Source of the DNA: Patescibacteria group bacterium
GTDB lineage: Bacteria; Patescibacteriota; Minisyncoccia; Phycocordibacterales; CAIZLB01
Assembly: GCA_040384865.1 (NCBI GenBank)
Contig: JAZKIM010000004.1
Span: 75,974 to 139,973, forward strand
Direction: 5' to 3'
Length of the DNA: 64,000 nucleotides
The notes under the pieces are model-generated. The model was given only the letters and a program-made list of their open reading frames with translations, did not search any database and was not told where the DNA came from. Below are positions 7,706-17,177 of the stretch, piece after piece (position 1 is the stretch's first letter; each line of letters opens with the position of its first letter). The position numbers and the translations under genes were made by a program.

Positions 7706-10513
7706 ATGGAACAAAGTGGTTTAACATATGAAGGCAAGCAGTTCAGCTCGGCAGAAGAAGAGCTTCAATATTTGCGCGATGTTGTGTCAAAAAGAGAGCG
7801 AGCTGCCTCTTCAATAGGAGAGAGTAAGGAACGAGAAGCTATCATTGCTGAAGAACTTTCTACTTACAGTCAACAACAGGCGGACCGCGTACTTCACGAG
7901 CATTACAAGATTCCTGAGCAAGAGAAGCGGGAGATTGTACTTGAGCTTTCTCCAGAAGCTCATGATAAGAAGATAGAGGAGCTATTAGCAATCCTCTATG
8001 AACGAGGAGTGCTCAATGCCATTAGTGTCGCTCGTGCTTTGAATAATCCTCATATTGACGATGATTTTCATCGTTTTCTCATTGAATATATAAAGAAAGG
8101 ATTGCCGACGCCTGGTTTAAAGGAAACACTTCCTATAGCAAAAGCTTTGAAACATACTCTTTACGAGGTTTCTTTGCCTGAGGCTAAAAAAGATGATCAG
8201 AAGAAAGTACTCAAAGAAATGCTTTCATCGATGGAACAATTTTATTCTGGCATGCTTTCAGTTTCCGGAGGTAACAAGACGCCCGAAGAAAATCAGTTCG
8301 CAATAGAATTGGCCGTAGCCGACGGGAGTGAAGAATTCGTTTTTTATGTCTCAGTGCCACACAGTAAGTCCGGTCTCTTCGAAAAACAATTTCTTTCGAT
8401 CTTTCCAAACGCGAAGATTGTTGAAAAGAAAGACAGTTACAATGTATTCAATGTAGACGGTGTTGCCGTGGGTGCAATTGCACAGCAAACAAAGAATTCA
8501 ATTTTCCCAATCAAGCAATACGATCAATTTGACTATGATCCATTGAACGTTATCCTCAATACACTGTCGAAAATAGATAAGGAAGGGGAGGGTGCGTCAA
8601 TTCAAATTATTTTCAATCCTGTCGGAGATTATTATACCAAGCTCTTCAAAACAGCTCTTGATGATATTAATAAAGGCACAAGTGTAAAGAAGGCTATTGA
8701 TATCCGTCATAGTTTTTGGGGTGAATTCAGTAAGGTTGCCGGAGAAGTAGCGAAAGAGCTTGCTAAGGAAGCTGTAAAGGGCCCCAAGGAAGAAAAGAAA
8801 GACAAACCAATCGATCAGATCACAGTTGAACAGATCACCGTGAAGATATCGAGCCCTATTGTTGAAACAAATATTCGTATTGTTACTTCCGCTGCAAATC
8901 GTCCTCGTGCCGAGCATATTCTCTCTGACATCGAGTCTGCATTTAATCAGTTCGAAAACTCTCTTGGCTCCGGTTTGAAGTTTGATCGAAAGGAAAAAGG
9001 CGAACTCGCCAATCTTTTGCATAATTTTAGTTACAGGCTTTTCGACAAGAACGGAGCAATGCCTGTTTCTCTTCGAGAGCTCACAACCATCATGCATTTT
9101 CCGGTGGAAAGCGTTATTAATTCTTCACAGCTCAAGCAGTCAAAAGCAGGGACCGCTTCGGCCCCAATCGGTTTGCCAAAAAATGGCATTTATCTCGGCA
9201 CAAATAAACACCGTAATACCGAGACAAAGATATTTATGAGTAAAGAAGACCGTCTCCGACACTTCTATGCGATTGGTCAGACCGGTACTGGTAAGTCGAC
9301 TATGCTTAAGAATATGATAATTCAGGATATAAAAAATGGAGATGGAATTTGTTTCATTGATCCTCATGGGTCTGATGTGCAGGATATCCTTGCCCATATA
9401 CCGCCTGAGCGATTTGATGATGTCATTTACTTCGATCCGTCCCACGTAGAACGTCCCATGGCCCTTAATATGCTGGAATATAATAGAAGCTATCCAGAAC
9501 AGAAGACATTCATTGTCAATGAACTGTTCAGTATTTTCCAAAAGTTGTACGGCGCTAATCCTGAATCGATGGGGCCTATGTTCGAGCAGTATTTCCGAAA
9601 TGCAACAATGCTTGTGATAGAAGATCCTGACAGCGGGTGTACATTACTTGATGTGTCGCGAGTGATGGCGGTAAAGAGCTTTCGAGATTTGAAGATATCG
9701 AAATGTAAGAACCCTGTTGTAGTTCAGTTTTGGAAAGAGATTGCTGAGAAGGCGGGGGGAGAAGGGTCGCTTCAGAATATGGTGCCATACATCACCAGTA
9801 AGTTCGATGTATTCTTGGCGAACGATATTATGCGTCCGATTATTGCTCAGGAAAAATCCAGCTTTAATTTCCGAGATATCATGGACAACAAAAAGATCCT
9901 TCTTGTAAACTTGGCCAAGGGTCGTCTTGGTGATATCAACTCATCTCTTATCGGCCTCATTCTTGTGGGAAAGATCCTGATGGCTGCGCTTTCCCGTGTT
10001 GATTCATTTGGCAAGGAAATGCATCCTTTCTATTTATACATAGATGAATTTCAAAACATCACTACGCCATCCATCGCCACTATTCTTTCTGAAGCTCGAA
10101 AGTACAAGCTCTCTCTTAATATTGCTCACCAGTTCATTGCACAACTTGATGAGAATATAAAGGATGCTGTGTTTGGAAACGTTGGATCGCTGGCTGTATT
10201 TCGTGTTGGCGCTGAAGACGCAGAATATTTGCAGAAACAATTTGAACCAGTGTTCACTTCAAATGACATTATGAATATCGATAACATGAATTGTTATTTA
10301 AAGATGCTTTCAGAAGGAAAGCCTACTAGACCATTCAATATTGAATTTAAATGGCCAGAACCTGGAAACAAGAAGATTGTGGAGAAAATAAAGGAATTGT
10401 CATATTTGAAGTTCGGACAGGATAGGGAGGAGGTGGAGGCCGCTATTTTGGAGAGATATAAGAAAGAGCCTGTTCCTGCTCGTGTTGCGGGGTCAAATCC
10501 TTTTGGGATATAA
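7706..10513 (+). CDS. Large P-loop ATPase, VirD4/TraD/HerA-like (type IV secretion DNA-binding-domain-type) protein
   Basis: 935 aa; Walker A GQTGTGKST at ~aa 520, Walker B YLYIDEF followed by IAHQ; soluble N-terminal half of unknown function. Family assignment is by motif only. Confidence 0.5.
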   Translation: MEQSGLTYEGKQFSSAEEELQYLRDVVSKRERAASSIGESKEREAIIAEELSTYSQQQADRVLHEHYKIPEQEKREIVLELSPEAHDKKIEELLAILYERGVLNAISVARALNNPHIDDDFHRFLIEYIKKGLPTPGLKETLPIAKALKHTLYEVSLPEAKKDDQKKVLKEMLSSMEQFYSGMLSVSGGNKTPEENQFAIELAVADGSEEFVFYVSVPHSKSGLFEKQFLSIFPNAKIVEKKDSYNVFNVDGVAVGAIAQQTKNSIFPIKQYDQFDYDPLNVILNTLSKIDKEGEGASIQIIFNPVGDYYTKLFKTALDDINKGTSVKKAIDIRHSFWGEFSKVAGEVAKELAKEAVKGPKEEKKDKPIDQITVEQITVKISSPIVETNIRIVTSAANRPRAEHILSDIESAFNQFENSLGSGLKFDRKEKGELANLLHNFSYRLFDKNGAMPVSLRELTTIMHFPVESVINSSQLKQSKAGTASAPIGLPKNGIYLGTNKHRNTETKIFMSKEDRLRHFYAIGQTGTGKSTMLKNMIIQDIKNGDGICFIDPHGSDVQDILAHIPPERFDDVIYFDPSHVERPMALNMLEYNRSYPEQKTFIVNELFSIFQKLYGANPESMGPMFEQYFRNATMLVIEDPDSGCTLLDVSRVMAVKSFRDLKISKCKNPVVVQFWKEIAEKAGGEGSLQNMVPYITSKFDVFLANDIMRPIIAQEKSSFNFRDIMDNKKILLVNLAKGRLGDINSSLIGLILVGKILMAALSRVDSFGKEMHPFYLYIDEFQNITTPSIATILSEARKYKLSLNIAHQFIAQLDENIKDAVFGNVGSLAVFRVGAEDAEYLQKQFEPVFTSNDIMNIDNMNCYLKMLSEGKPTRPFNIEFKWPEPGNKKIVEKIKELSYLKFGQDREEVEAAILERYKKEPVPARVAGSNPFGI

Positions 10514-10543
10514 AAAAGTTTTTAGATATGCTTAAATAGGGGC

Positions 10544-11176
10544 ATGCATACTACCAAAAAAACATCTTTAGATCACCATAGATTCGAGCGAACGCTTGTT
10601 ATTATCAAACCCGACGGCATCCAGCGAAGTCTTATAGGGGAAATTATCGGACGATATGAGCGGATTGGTCTTAAATTGATTGGTCTTAAATTGATGGTGC
10701 CAACTGAAGAAATGGTGGAGCAACACTACACACTCGATCCTGAGTGGCGTCGGGTTACAGGAGAGAAGACTATAAAAGGCTACTTGGATAAGGGATTAAC
10801 TCCTCCAGTTACTGATCCATACGAAGTAACCTCAACACTTTTAATGAGGCTGAAGAAATACTTAACAGCAGGTCCTGTGATCGCAATGGTTTGGCAGGGT
10901 GCACATGCGGTTGAGATTGTGAGAAAGATAACTGGAAGCACTGAACCTCTTAAATCTCCAGTTGGAACTATTCGCGGTGATTACGTCCTCGATTCATATC
11001 AAATGACAGACAGTGATGGTCGTGCCATTCGCAATCTCATTCACGCTTCTGGTTCTCCTAAGGAAGCTGAAGACGAGATTACTCATTGGTTTAAGCCTGA
11101 GGAGTTACTTGACTATAAGCTCGTACAGGAGCAGATCACGTATTCGGCTAATATAATTGGAATATTTGGCGAATAA
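10544..11176 (+). CDS. ndk: Nucleoside diphosphate kinase (long variant, 210 aa)
   Basis: LVIIKPDGIQRSLIGEIIGRYE...; NDK fold motifs; contains an in-frame IGLKLIGLKL duplication. Confidence 0.85.
   Translation: MHTTKKTSLDHHRFERTLVIIKPDGIQRSLIGEIIGRYERIGLKLIGLKLMVPTEEMVEQHYTLDPEWRRVTGEKTIKGYLDKGLTPPVTDPYEVTSTLLMRLKKYLTAGPVIAMVWQGAHAVEIVRKITGSTEPLKSPVGTIRGDYVLDSYQMTDSDGRAIRNLIHASGSPKEAEDEITHWFKPEELLDYKLVQEQITYSANIIGIFGE
10664..10693 (+). repeat. Perfect 15-bp tandem duplication (attggtcttaaattg x2) inside ndk
   Basis: Read directly in the sequence; encodes IGLKL-IGLKL in frame. Confidence 0.9.
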
Positions 11177-11491
11177 CCTGGTTGTTTTGTGATTTATGAA
11201 GAAAAGTTCATAAACAGCGCATTGCAATAACAATTTCCCTTCATGTAAAGATTGCGAGAAGTTTTAAAAGTATAATAATGAACTTAGGGTTACTGGATAT
11301 GTTGGCTTAGATTATTTTCAAAACAGGGAGGTCACGTAGACTTGTGCCTTGGCACAGGCTCAGGCCACCCACCTAGATTACACTAGGTCCAACATTTCAC
11401 GGTAATCCTCGCAAAAACACTCGATGCCCTTACCGGCTTCGGGTGTTTGTGCTTTTATATATAGCCCCTATTTCGTCGTCGGTAGAGCCTC

Positions 11492-11923
11492 ATGTATAAT
11501 CATAAATATATGTCATTACGAGTGCGATTTGCGGTAATAATGGTTTTAATCCTCGTGCTCTTTTGTCTAGATCTGGTTGCTACTAAATTCTACTTATACT
11601 GGTCTTTCGAATGGTTAGACAATTTGATGCATGTGTTTGGAGGATTCCTTGCCGGGAATATGGTACTCATTGGCAGGCAAGTGGTTGCAAGAAAAAAAGG
11701 AGAGGATGAAATATCAAAGAAAAGTTTATTTTTCGTAGCAATTCTCGGCGGACTACTGGTCGGCACGTTATGGGAGTTGATTGAATATTTGTTCGGTGTC
11801 TCTCATTTAGGACCTCGTTTTGTTTGGGATACGTTCGTTGATTTGATCATGGATATGGTCGGCGCAGCTTCCGCATATATTACTTGGATAAAGATACCTC
11901 ATAAACCTTATACAACAGCATAA
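11492..11923 (+). CDS. Hypothetical small membrane protein
   Basis: 143 aa, 3-4 predicted TM helices; stop overlaps the next start (TAATG). Confidence 0.45.
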   Translation: MYNHKYMSLRVRFAVIMVLILVLFCLDLVATKFYLYWSFEWLDNLMHVFGGFLAGNMVLIGRQVVARKKGEDEISKKSLFFVAILGGLLVGTLWELIEYLFGVSHLGPRFVWDTFVDLIMDMVGAASAYITWIKIPHKPYTTA

Positions 11924-13392
11924 TGCATTACATAGAACATTTGTCGGATATTCAGAAGGACGGAAAATTGAGACTGACATTTTGTGGGGGCGTTGGTTCA
12001 GTTACCGGTGCCAATTTTTTATTAGAAGGTCCGTTGCAAGTAGGTGAGGCAAGCAAGACAAATAATGTTTTAAAGATATTGGTTGATTGCGGAATGGAGC
12101 AGGGAGGGCCACTTGCCGACGCTTCGAATCGAAAGCCTTTTATCTATGACCCAAAAACCGCAGATATATTGCTTGTGACACATGCCCACATGGATCATGT
12201 TGGGAGGATAGCAAAGCTTGTCCATGATGGTTTTGATGGTGTTATATATTCAACACCAGAAACAATGGAGTTAGCCACTCTTATGCTCGAGGATGCGCTT
12301 AAGTTAACCACCATGGAAGCAATGGAGAAAAAACTGCCGGCCCTTTTTGGAGAGGCCGATGTAAAAAAATCTTTTGCAATATGGAAAGCTATTCCGTACC
12401 ATATTCCAACCGTGTTGTCGCCGGGGTATGAGGTATATTTAAAAGACGCGGGACATGTATTGGGTTCAACCATGTATGAATTGACATACACAGCACCGGC
12501 CGGGGTACTCGACAAAAAAGGTCAACCATACAAGCGAAAGGTGGTATTTACCGGAGACCTAGGGAATAGTCCAACTCCTCTTTTAAAGGACACAGAAAAA
12601 ATAGATGATGCCGACTATTTGCTTATGGAAAGTGTGTATGGCGACAGAAATCATGAAGATAGGGAATTGCGCCTTGAGAAACTGGAGCAGGCCATTGAGA
12701 GCAACACAGCTCGTGGAGGCACCCTCCTTATCCCGTCTTTTTCTCTTGAAAAGACCCAGGAGCTATTATTTGAAATTCACCGAATGATGGATGAAAAGAA
12801 GCTGCCCCGAACTCAGGTATATCTAGATTCTCCCTTAGCTATTAAACTTACAGAAATGTATCGAAGGTTGAATGGTCAATTCAATACAGGTGCTGAAGCG
12901 GATATAGCTCGCGGCCACGACCTATTTACCTTTCCAGGATTGCAGGTGGTCGAAGATGCCGACGCATCAAAGGCAATCAAGTATGCGCCTGCTCCAAAAA
13001 TCATTATTGCTGGATCGGGAATGTCTAATGGTGGGAGGATTCAACATCACGAATTGAATTATTTGAGTGATTCAAGAACCACTTTGTTATTGATCGGTTA
13101 CCAGGCGGTTGGGACACTTGGTCGGCAAATTCAAGAAGGAGCGAAGCGTATCACTATTTACAACAAAGAAGTTGTAGTCAATGCAACCATCGAACACATA
13201 GATGGATATTCATCGCATAAAGATTCGGATCATTTGGTTGAATTTGTGGAGCCAACAGCGGAAAAAGTTCGACAGGTATTTGTTGTTATGGGTGAAACGA
13301 AGTCGTCGTTGTTTTTGGTTCAGAGGTTAAGAGATTATTTAGGTGTGAATGCGGTTCACCCAAATGAGGGGGATACTGTGGTTCTTGAATAA
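11923..13392 (+). CDS. MBL-fold metallo-hydrolase of the beta-CASP family (RNase J/CPSF-like ribonuclease)
   Basis: 489 aa; HAHMDHVG motif, later D/H motifs, C-terminal beta-CASP-like region. Confidence 0.75.
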   Translation: MHYIEHLSDIQKDGKLRLTFCGGVGSVTGANFLLEGPLQVGEASKTNNVLKILVDCGMEQGGPLADASNRKPFIYDPKTADILLVTHAHMDHVGRIAKLVHDGFDGVIYSTPETMELATLMLEDALKLTTMEAMEKKLPALFGEADVKKSFAIWKAIPYHIPTVLSPGYEVYLKDAGHVLGSTMYELTYTAPAGVLDKKGQPYKRKVVFTGDLGNSPTPLLKDTEKIDDADYLLMESVYGDRNHEDRELRLEKLEQAIESNTARGGTLLIPSFSLEKTQELLFEIHRMMDEKKLPRTQVYLDSPLAIKLTEMYRRLNGQFNTGAEADIARGHDLFTFPGLQVVEDADASKAIKYAPAPKIIIAGSGMSNGGRIQHHELNYLSDSRTTLLLIGYQAVGTLGRQIQEGAKRITIYNKEVVVNATIEHIDGYSSHKDSDHLVEFVEPTAEKVRQVFVVMGETKSSLFLVQRLRDYLGVNAVHPNEGDTVVLE

Positions 13393-13522
13393 ATAATTGA
13401 CTTTTAATTTTAGGATTTTTTGAGTGAAATCTTATTGTTCAACAGTATTATTGAAAGTGACATGATCCGGTAACTTCATGTCCATATTTTTTAAAATTAT
13501 GATTAGATGATATGGTAAACAT

Positions 13523-14206
13523 ATGAATTCAGTGCATAAATTTATTTCAATAACCAAGGATCTTGCCTCGTATATAAATAAGCTTCTTGATCGTGGCGAA
13601 AGTAAGAACATGAAAATGATTCGGGAAGATACGGAAGCTTTTGAACATGGAGAAATGCAGGCCCCGATTAGTCAGCTTCGGGTAATTGTCTCTATCATGC
13701 AGATGATCGGTGCGCGGCGGATATTGGAAGTAGGGACATTTCGTGGAATGACTGCTGCACGCCTGGCACAAGCTTTTCCTGCGGATATAATAGGAGCAAA
13801 AGTAGTGACCATTGAAAGAGATATCAGGTTTGTGGAAGAACTGAAGAAGCGCTGGGCTGATTTGGGAGTGATGGAAAAGATCGATTTACGGAGCGGCCAG
13901 GCTGCCGATATCCTCGATAGGCTTGCGGATGAAATTTCTTTGGAGGGTTACTTCGATCTTGCTTTTATTGACGCCGATAAGGAACAGTATAAAAACTATA
14001 CTGAAAAAGTATTGCAACTAATTCGACCAGGAGGGGTTATTCTTGTCGACAATACCTTGTGGAGAGGGGAGGTGGCGGGCACGGATACACAATCAAATTT
14101 GACGAAATATGTTCAGGATTTTAACGAATGGGTGTTTGAAAAGTTTGGGGAAAATGCCAGTATTATTCCCGCATGGGATGGAATGACAATTATTGTAAAG
14201 GAATAA
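13523..14206 (+). CDS. Class I SAM-dependent O-methyltransferase (caffeoyl-CoA OMT-like family 3)
   Basis: ILEVGTFRGMTAARLAQAF ... FDLAFIDADKEQY ... GGVILVDNTLWRG typical of the O-MTase family 3. Confidence 0.7.
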   Translation: MNSVHKFISITKDLASYINKLLDRGESKNMKMIREDTEAFEHGEMQAPISQLRVIVSIMQMIGARRILEVGTFRGMTAARLAQAFPADIIGAKVVTIERDIRFVEELKKRWADLGVMEKIDLRSGQAADILDRLADEISLEGYFDLAFIDADKEQYKNYTEKVLQLIRPGGVILVDNTLWRGEVAGTDTQSNLTKYVQDFNEWVFEKFGENASIIPAWDGMTIIVKE

Positions 14207-14257
14207 ACAAGGTTTATTCCACAAGGGAGAATTCTCTCTGCATGTTATAATCCTCAT

Positions 14258-15235
14258 ATGAATATTTACGTTACACGCCAAATTCCGCAGATCGGAATCG
14301 ATATGTTAAAAAATAAAGGCTATACAGTCGATGTTGGCACCGACAGAGAGCCTCCTTCAAAGCGTCGTTTGATGAAAATGATTTCGAAGAAGCCGTACGA
14401 TGCCATTCTTACACTTCTTACTGATCCTGTAGATAATGAATTTTTACAGGCAGCAGGTCCTCAACTCAAAGTTGTCTCAAATTATGCTGTTGGTTTTAAT
14501 AATTTTAATGTAAAGGATGCGGCCGATCGTAATGTGGTGTTGACTAACACTGTTGGTGTTTCCAGTGACTGTGTTGCCGAACACTCTCTTGCTTTGATGC
14601 TCGCATTGACTACTCGGATTACTGAAGCTGATCAGTTTATGAAAAAGGGAAAGTACAAAGGATGGGACCCTATGCTTCTTATAGGTACTGACCTTTGCGG
14701 TAAGACTATCGGGCTTGTCGGGGCCGGGCATATTGGATCACGAGTTGCCATGCACTTAGTTAAAGGTTTTGAGTGTAAGGTTCTTTATTACGATGTAAAG
14801 CGAAACGAAGATGTTGAAAAGCAAGGTGCTATTTTTGTCGAAAAACTTGAAGATGTTTTGGCACAGGCAGATATTGTAAGTCTCCATGTCCCGCTTTTAC
14901 CAAGCACTCAGCATCTAATGAATGAGGCGCGATTAAAAATGATGAAGCCGACAGCTTTTCTCATCAACACATCAAGAGGTCCTGTAGTAGATGAAAAAGC
15001 TCTTGTTGCAGCACTTCAAAAGGGCACCATTAAAGGCGCTGGCCTCGATGTTTATGAAGATGAGCCGAATCTTGCCCGAGGCTTGATTAAATTGTCAAAC
15101 GTTGTACTCACACCACATATTGCTTCAGCCCGCGAAAGCGCACGAAATGATATGGCAATAGCTGCCGCGCAGAATATTATAGATGTTCTTGAGGGAAGAG
15201 AACCAAAAGGTAAAATTCAAACACCAACAGCTTAG
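14258..15235 (+). CDS. D-isomer-specific 2-hydroxyacid dehydrogenase (glyoxylate/hydroxypyruvate reductase-like)
   Basis: GLVGAGHIGSRVA NAD-binding Rossmann motif; catalytic R/E/H arrangement; 325 aa. Confidence 0.85.
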   Translation: MNIYVTRQIPQIGIDMLKNKGYTVDVGTDREPPSKRRLMKMISKKPYDAILTLLTDPVDNEFLQAAGPQLKVVSNYAVGFNNFNVKDAADRNVVLTNTVGVSSDCVAEHSLALMLALTTRITEADQFMKKGKYKGWDPMLLIGTDLCGKTIGLVGAGHIGSRVAMHLVKGFECKVLYYDVKRNEDVEKQGAIFVEKLEDVLAQADIVSLHVPLLPSTQHLMNEARLKMMKPTAFLINTSRGPVVDEKALVAALQKGTIKGAGLDVYEDEPNLARGLIKLSNVVLTPHIASARESARNDMAIAAAQNIIDVLEGREPKGKIQTPTA

Positions 15236-15256
15236 CGTCATGTTATCATTATCTCA

Positions 15257-15922
15257 ATGCCAAAATTTAATCTGCATAATAACAATAAGCATAATCATTT
15301 GATACATAAGATCGGCGTATCCGGAGCGGCTGATATTGCCTTTTTGGGGCCTGAAGCTCTGGAAATAGCTAAAGAGCTTGGAAGGGAAATAGCTCGCCAA
15401 GATGTTGTCATGCTTTCAGGAGCAACTACCGGATTTCCTTTTTGGGCTGCTGTAGGTTGCAAAGAAGAAAATGGCGTTTCTATCGGCTTTTCTCCAGCTG
15501 AAGGTCCTCGCGAACATCAGGAGGTCTACCGCCTTCCTGTCGACTACATGGATCTCATCATCTATACCGGCTTTGGGTATAACGGGCGAGATCTTTTGTT
15601 TACACGATCAACCGATGCTGTCGTCATTGGTCCAGGACGTATTGGTACCATCCATGAATTCACCATTGCATATGAAGACGGTAAGCCGATCGGCATTTTA
15701 GAAGGGGAGGGTAAATGGCAGACAGACGAAGTGATCAGGACAATTCTTGAAAAGAGTCATCGGATAAATAAAAAGATTGTGTTTGATAAGGACCCAAAGA
15801 ATCTCATTGCAAAGCTGAAGAAGATGATAGATGAAGACAAAAAACTTTTACGTACATATGAAAATGTAGAGCAAGGCACTGCGATAGACGCTCCTGTAAA
15901 GAGCCGTGATCGTATTCTATAA
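15257..15922 (+). CDS. TIGR00725/LOG-like Rossmann-fold protein
   Basis: SGATTGFPFWAAVGC ... AVVIGPGRIGTIHE motifs resembling the LOG/SLOG-type fold. Confidence 0.45.
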   Translation: MPKFNLHNNNKHNHLIHKIGVSGAADIAFLGPEALEIAKELGREIARQDVVMLSGATTGFPFWAAVGCKEENGVSIGFSPAEGPREHQEVYRLPVDYMDLIIYTGFGYNGRDLLFTRSTDAVVIGPGRIGTIHEFTIAYEDGKPIGILEGEGKWQTDEVIRTILEKSHRINKKIVFDKDPKNLIAKLKKMIDEDKKLLRTYENVEQGTAIDAPVKSRDRIL

Positions 15923-15923
15923 A

Positions 15924-15958
15924 ACAAAAATACCACCGTTGGGTGGTATTTTTGTTTT
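15924..15958. terminator. Bidirectional rho-independent terminator
   Basis: AAATACCACC-gttg-GGTGGTATTT flanked by A- and T-tracts, between convergent genes. Confidence 0.65.
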
Positions 15959-15960
15959 GG

Positions 15961-16305
15961 TTACATTACTGACTTAACGATTCTTTCGAATGAAGCCGGA
16001 ACATTCATCGCGAGATCTGCGAGGATCTTTCGGTCTACCTCGATATTCTTCTTTTTGAGAGCGCCGATGAAGGTGCTGTAAGAGTGACCGAGAGGGCGGA
16101 GCGCTGCGTTGATGCGGACGTTCCATAATCGTCGGAAGTCACCTTTCTTGTCTCGTCGGTGGCTGAATGCTGCCGCATATGAATGAACAAGTTGTTCATA
16201 AGCTAATCGCTCCTTGTTCTTTCGGCCGTTTCGAAAACCTTTAGCTGCCTTTAATATGTTTCGTCGTGTCTTTGCGGCGTGAACGCCTTTTTTTACTCGT
16301 ACCAT
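15961..16305 (-). CDS. rplT: 50S ribosomal protein L20
   Basis: MVRVKKGVHAAKTRRNILKAAKGFRN... canonical L20. Confidence 0.95.
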   Translation of the reverse strand: MVRVKKGVHAAKTRRNILKAAKGFRNGRKNKERLAYEQLVHSYAAAFSHRRDKKGDFRRLWNVRINAALRPLGHSYSTFIGALKKKNIEVDRKILADLAMNVPASFERIVKSVM

Positions 16306-16334
16306 GGGAGTTGGAAATTAAAAGTTATAAAGAA

Positions 16335-16526
16335 TTATTTAGAAACGCCAGACAAGAATCGTGACTTATCCTTGTTTGTCATTTTAAATGGCATGCTTCG
16401 ACTTTTTGCGATCTGCTTTCGTCCGCTTTCCTTTGCATTAAAGTGGTTCTGACCAGCTTTTCTTGAAGTGACCTTTCCATTCTTGCTCACTTTCAAGCGC
16501 TTTGCGAATGATTTGTTTGTTTTCAT
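16335..16526 (-). CDS. rpmI: 50S ribosomal protein L35
   Basis: 63 aa basic protein MKTNKSFAKRLKVSKNGKV...; infC-rpmI-rplT order. Confidence 0.9.
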   Translation of the reverse strand: MKTNKSFAKRLKVSKNGKVTSRKAGQNHFNAKESGRKQIAKSRSMPFKMTNKDKSRFLSGVSK

Positions 16527-16610
16527 GTGTTTTACGCGAGGCGCCGTCTCTTTAGGACGGTCTTACGCATCTGCCTTGTTGTTTAACTTATAAATTTTGA
16601 GCTTCCTGTC

Positions 16611-17123
16611 TTATGCTTTCTCAATAAGAATTGTCATACCTTTTGGGCTCTTAACAGCAGGACCGGCGACATTGTAGTCGACAGTTAGCAACTTAAGGAG
16701 ACGGTCCATTCGCTCTCTGAGAAACTTCTCATCGAGGTATTTGGTTCGGCCGGGGAGGAAAAGGTCCATCTTGATTCGATGGCCTTCCGTGAGCCATTCT
16801 GAAGCTTTTTTAGCCTTCAAAGTGAGATCATGCTCGCCGGTACCGATTTTAACCTGGAGACTCTTGACTTCGACAACCTTCGCCTTAGATTTTGAGGCCT
16901 TTAGCTTCTTGTTCTCGTCGTACTGGAATTTACCATAATCCATGATTTTTGCAACCGGTGGATTGGCTTTTGGCGATATTTCTATGAGGTCTAGTCCGGC
17001 TTCTCGGGCACGAGAAAGGGCCTCCGAGATGGAGATGACGCCTATGTTTTCACCCTCGGCACCGATGACTCGGACCTCAGGGACTCTAATTTGATGGTTG
17101 ATGCGGACTGAAGGGATCGACAA
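16611..17123 (-). CDS. infC: Translation initiation factor IF-3 (non-AUG, apparently TTG start)
   Basis: RINHQIRVPEVRVIGAEGENIGVIS aligns to the IF3 N-domain; the first codon of the ORF is TTG (plus strand caa at 17121-17123); no in-frame ATG near the N-terminus. Confidence 0.9.
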   Translation of the reverse strand: MSIPSVRINHQIRVPEVRVIGAEGENIGVISISEALSRAREAGLDLIEISPKANPPVAKIMDYGKFQYDENKKLKASKSKAKVVEVKSLQVKIGTGEHDLTLKAKKASEWLTEGHRIKMDLFLPGRTKYLDEKFLRERMDRLLKLLTVDYNVAGPAVKSPKGMTILIEKA

Positions 17124-17177
17124 TGTGGTGTAATTTAGTGAGGTTAATATAGCATAAAAACAACTTTTTTCAAGTTT

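Noticed and set aside
11423-11458. Possible ndk terminator hairpin CCG-gcuu-CGG with T-tract
   Set aside because: It is ~250 nt downstream of the ndk stop with a weak 3-bp stem. It is mentioned only as part of the structured intergenic region, not called as a feature.
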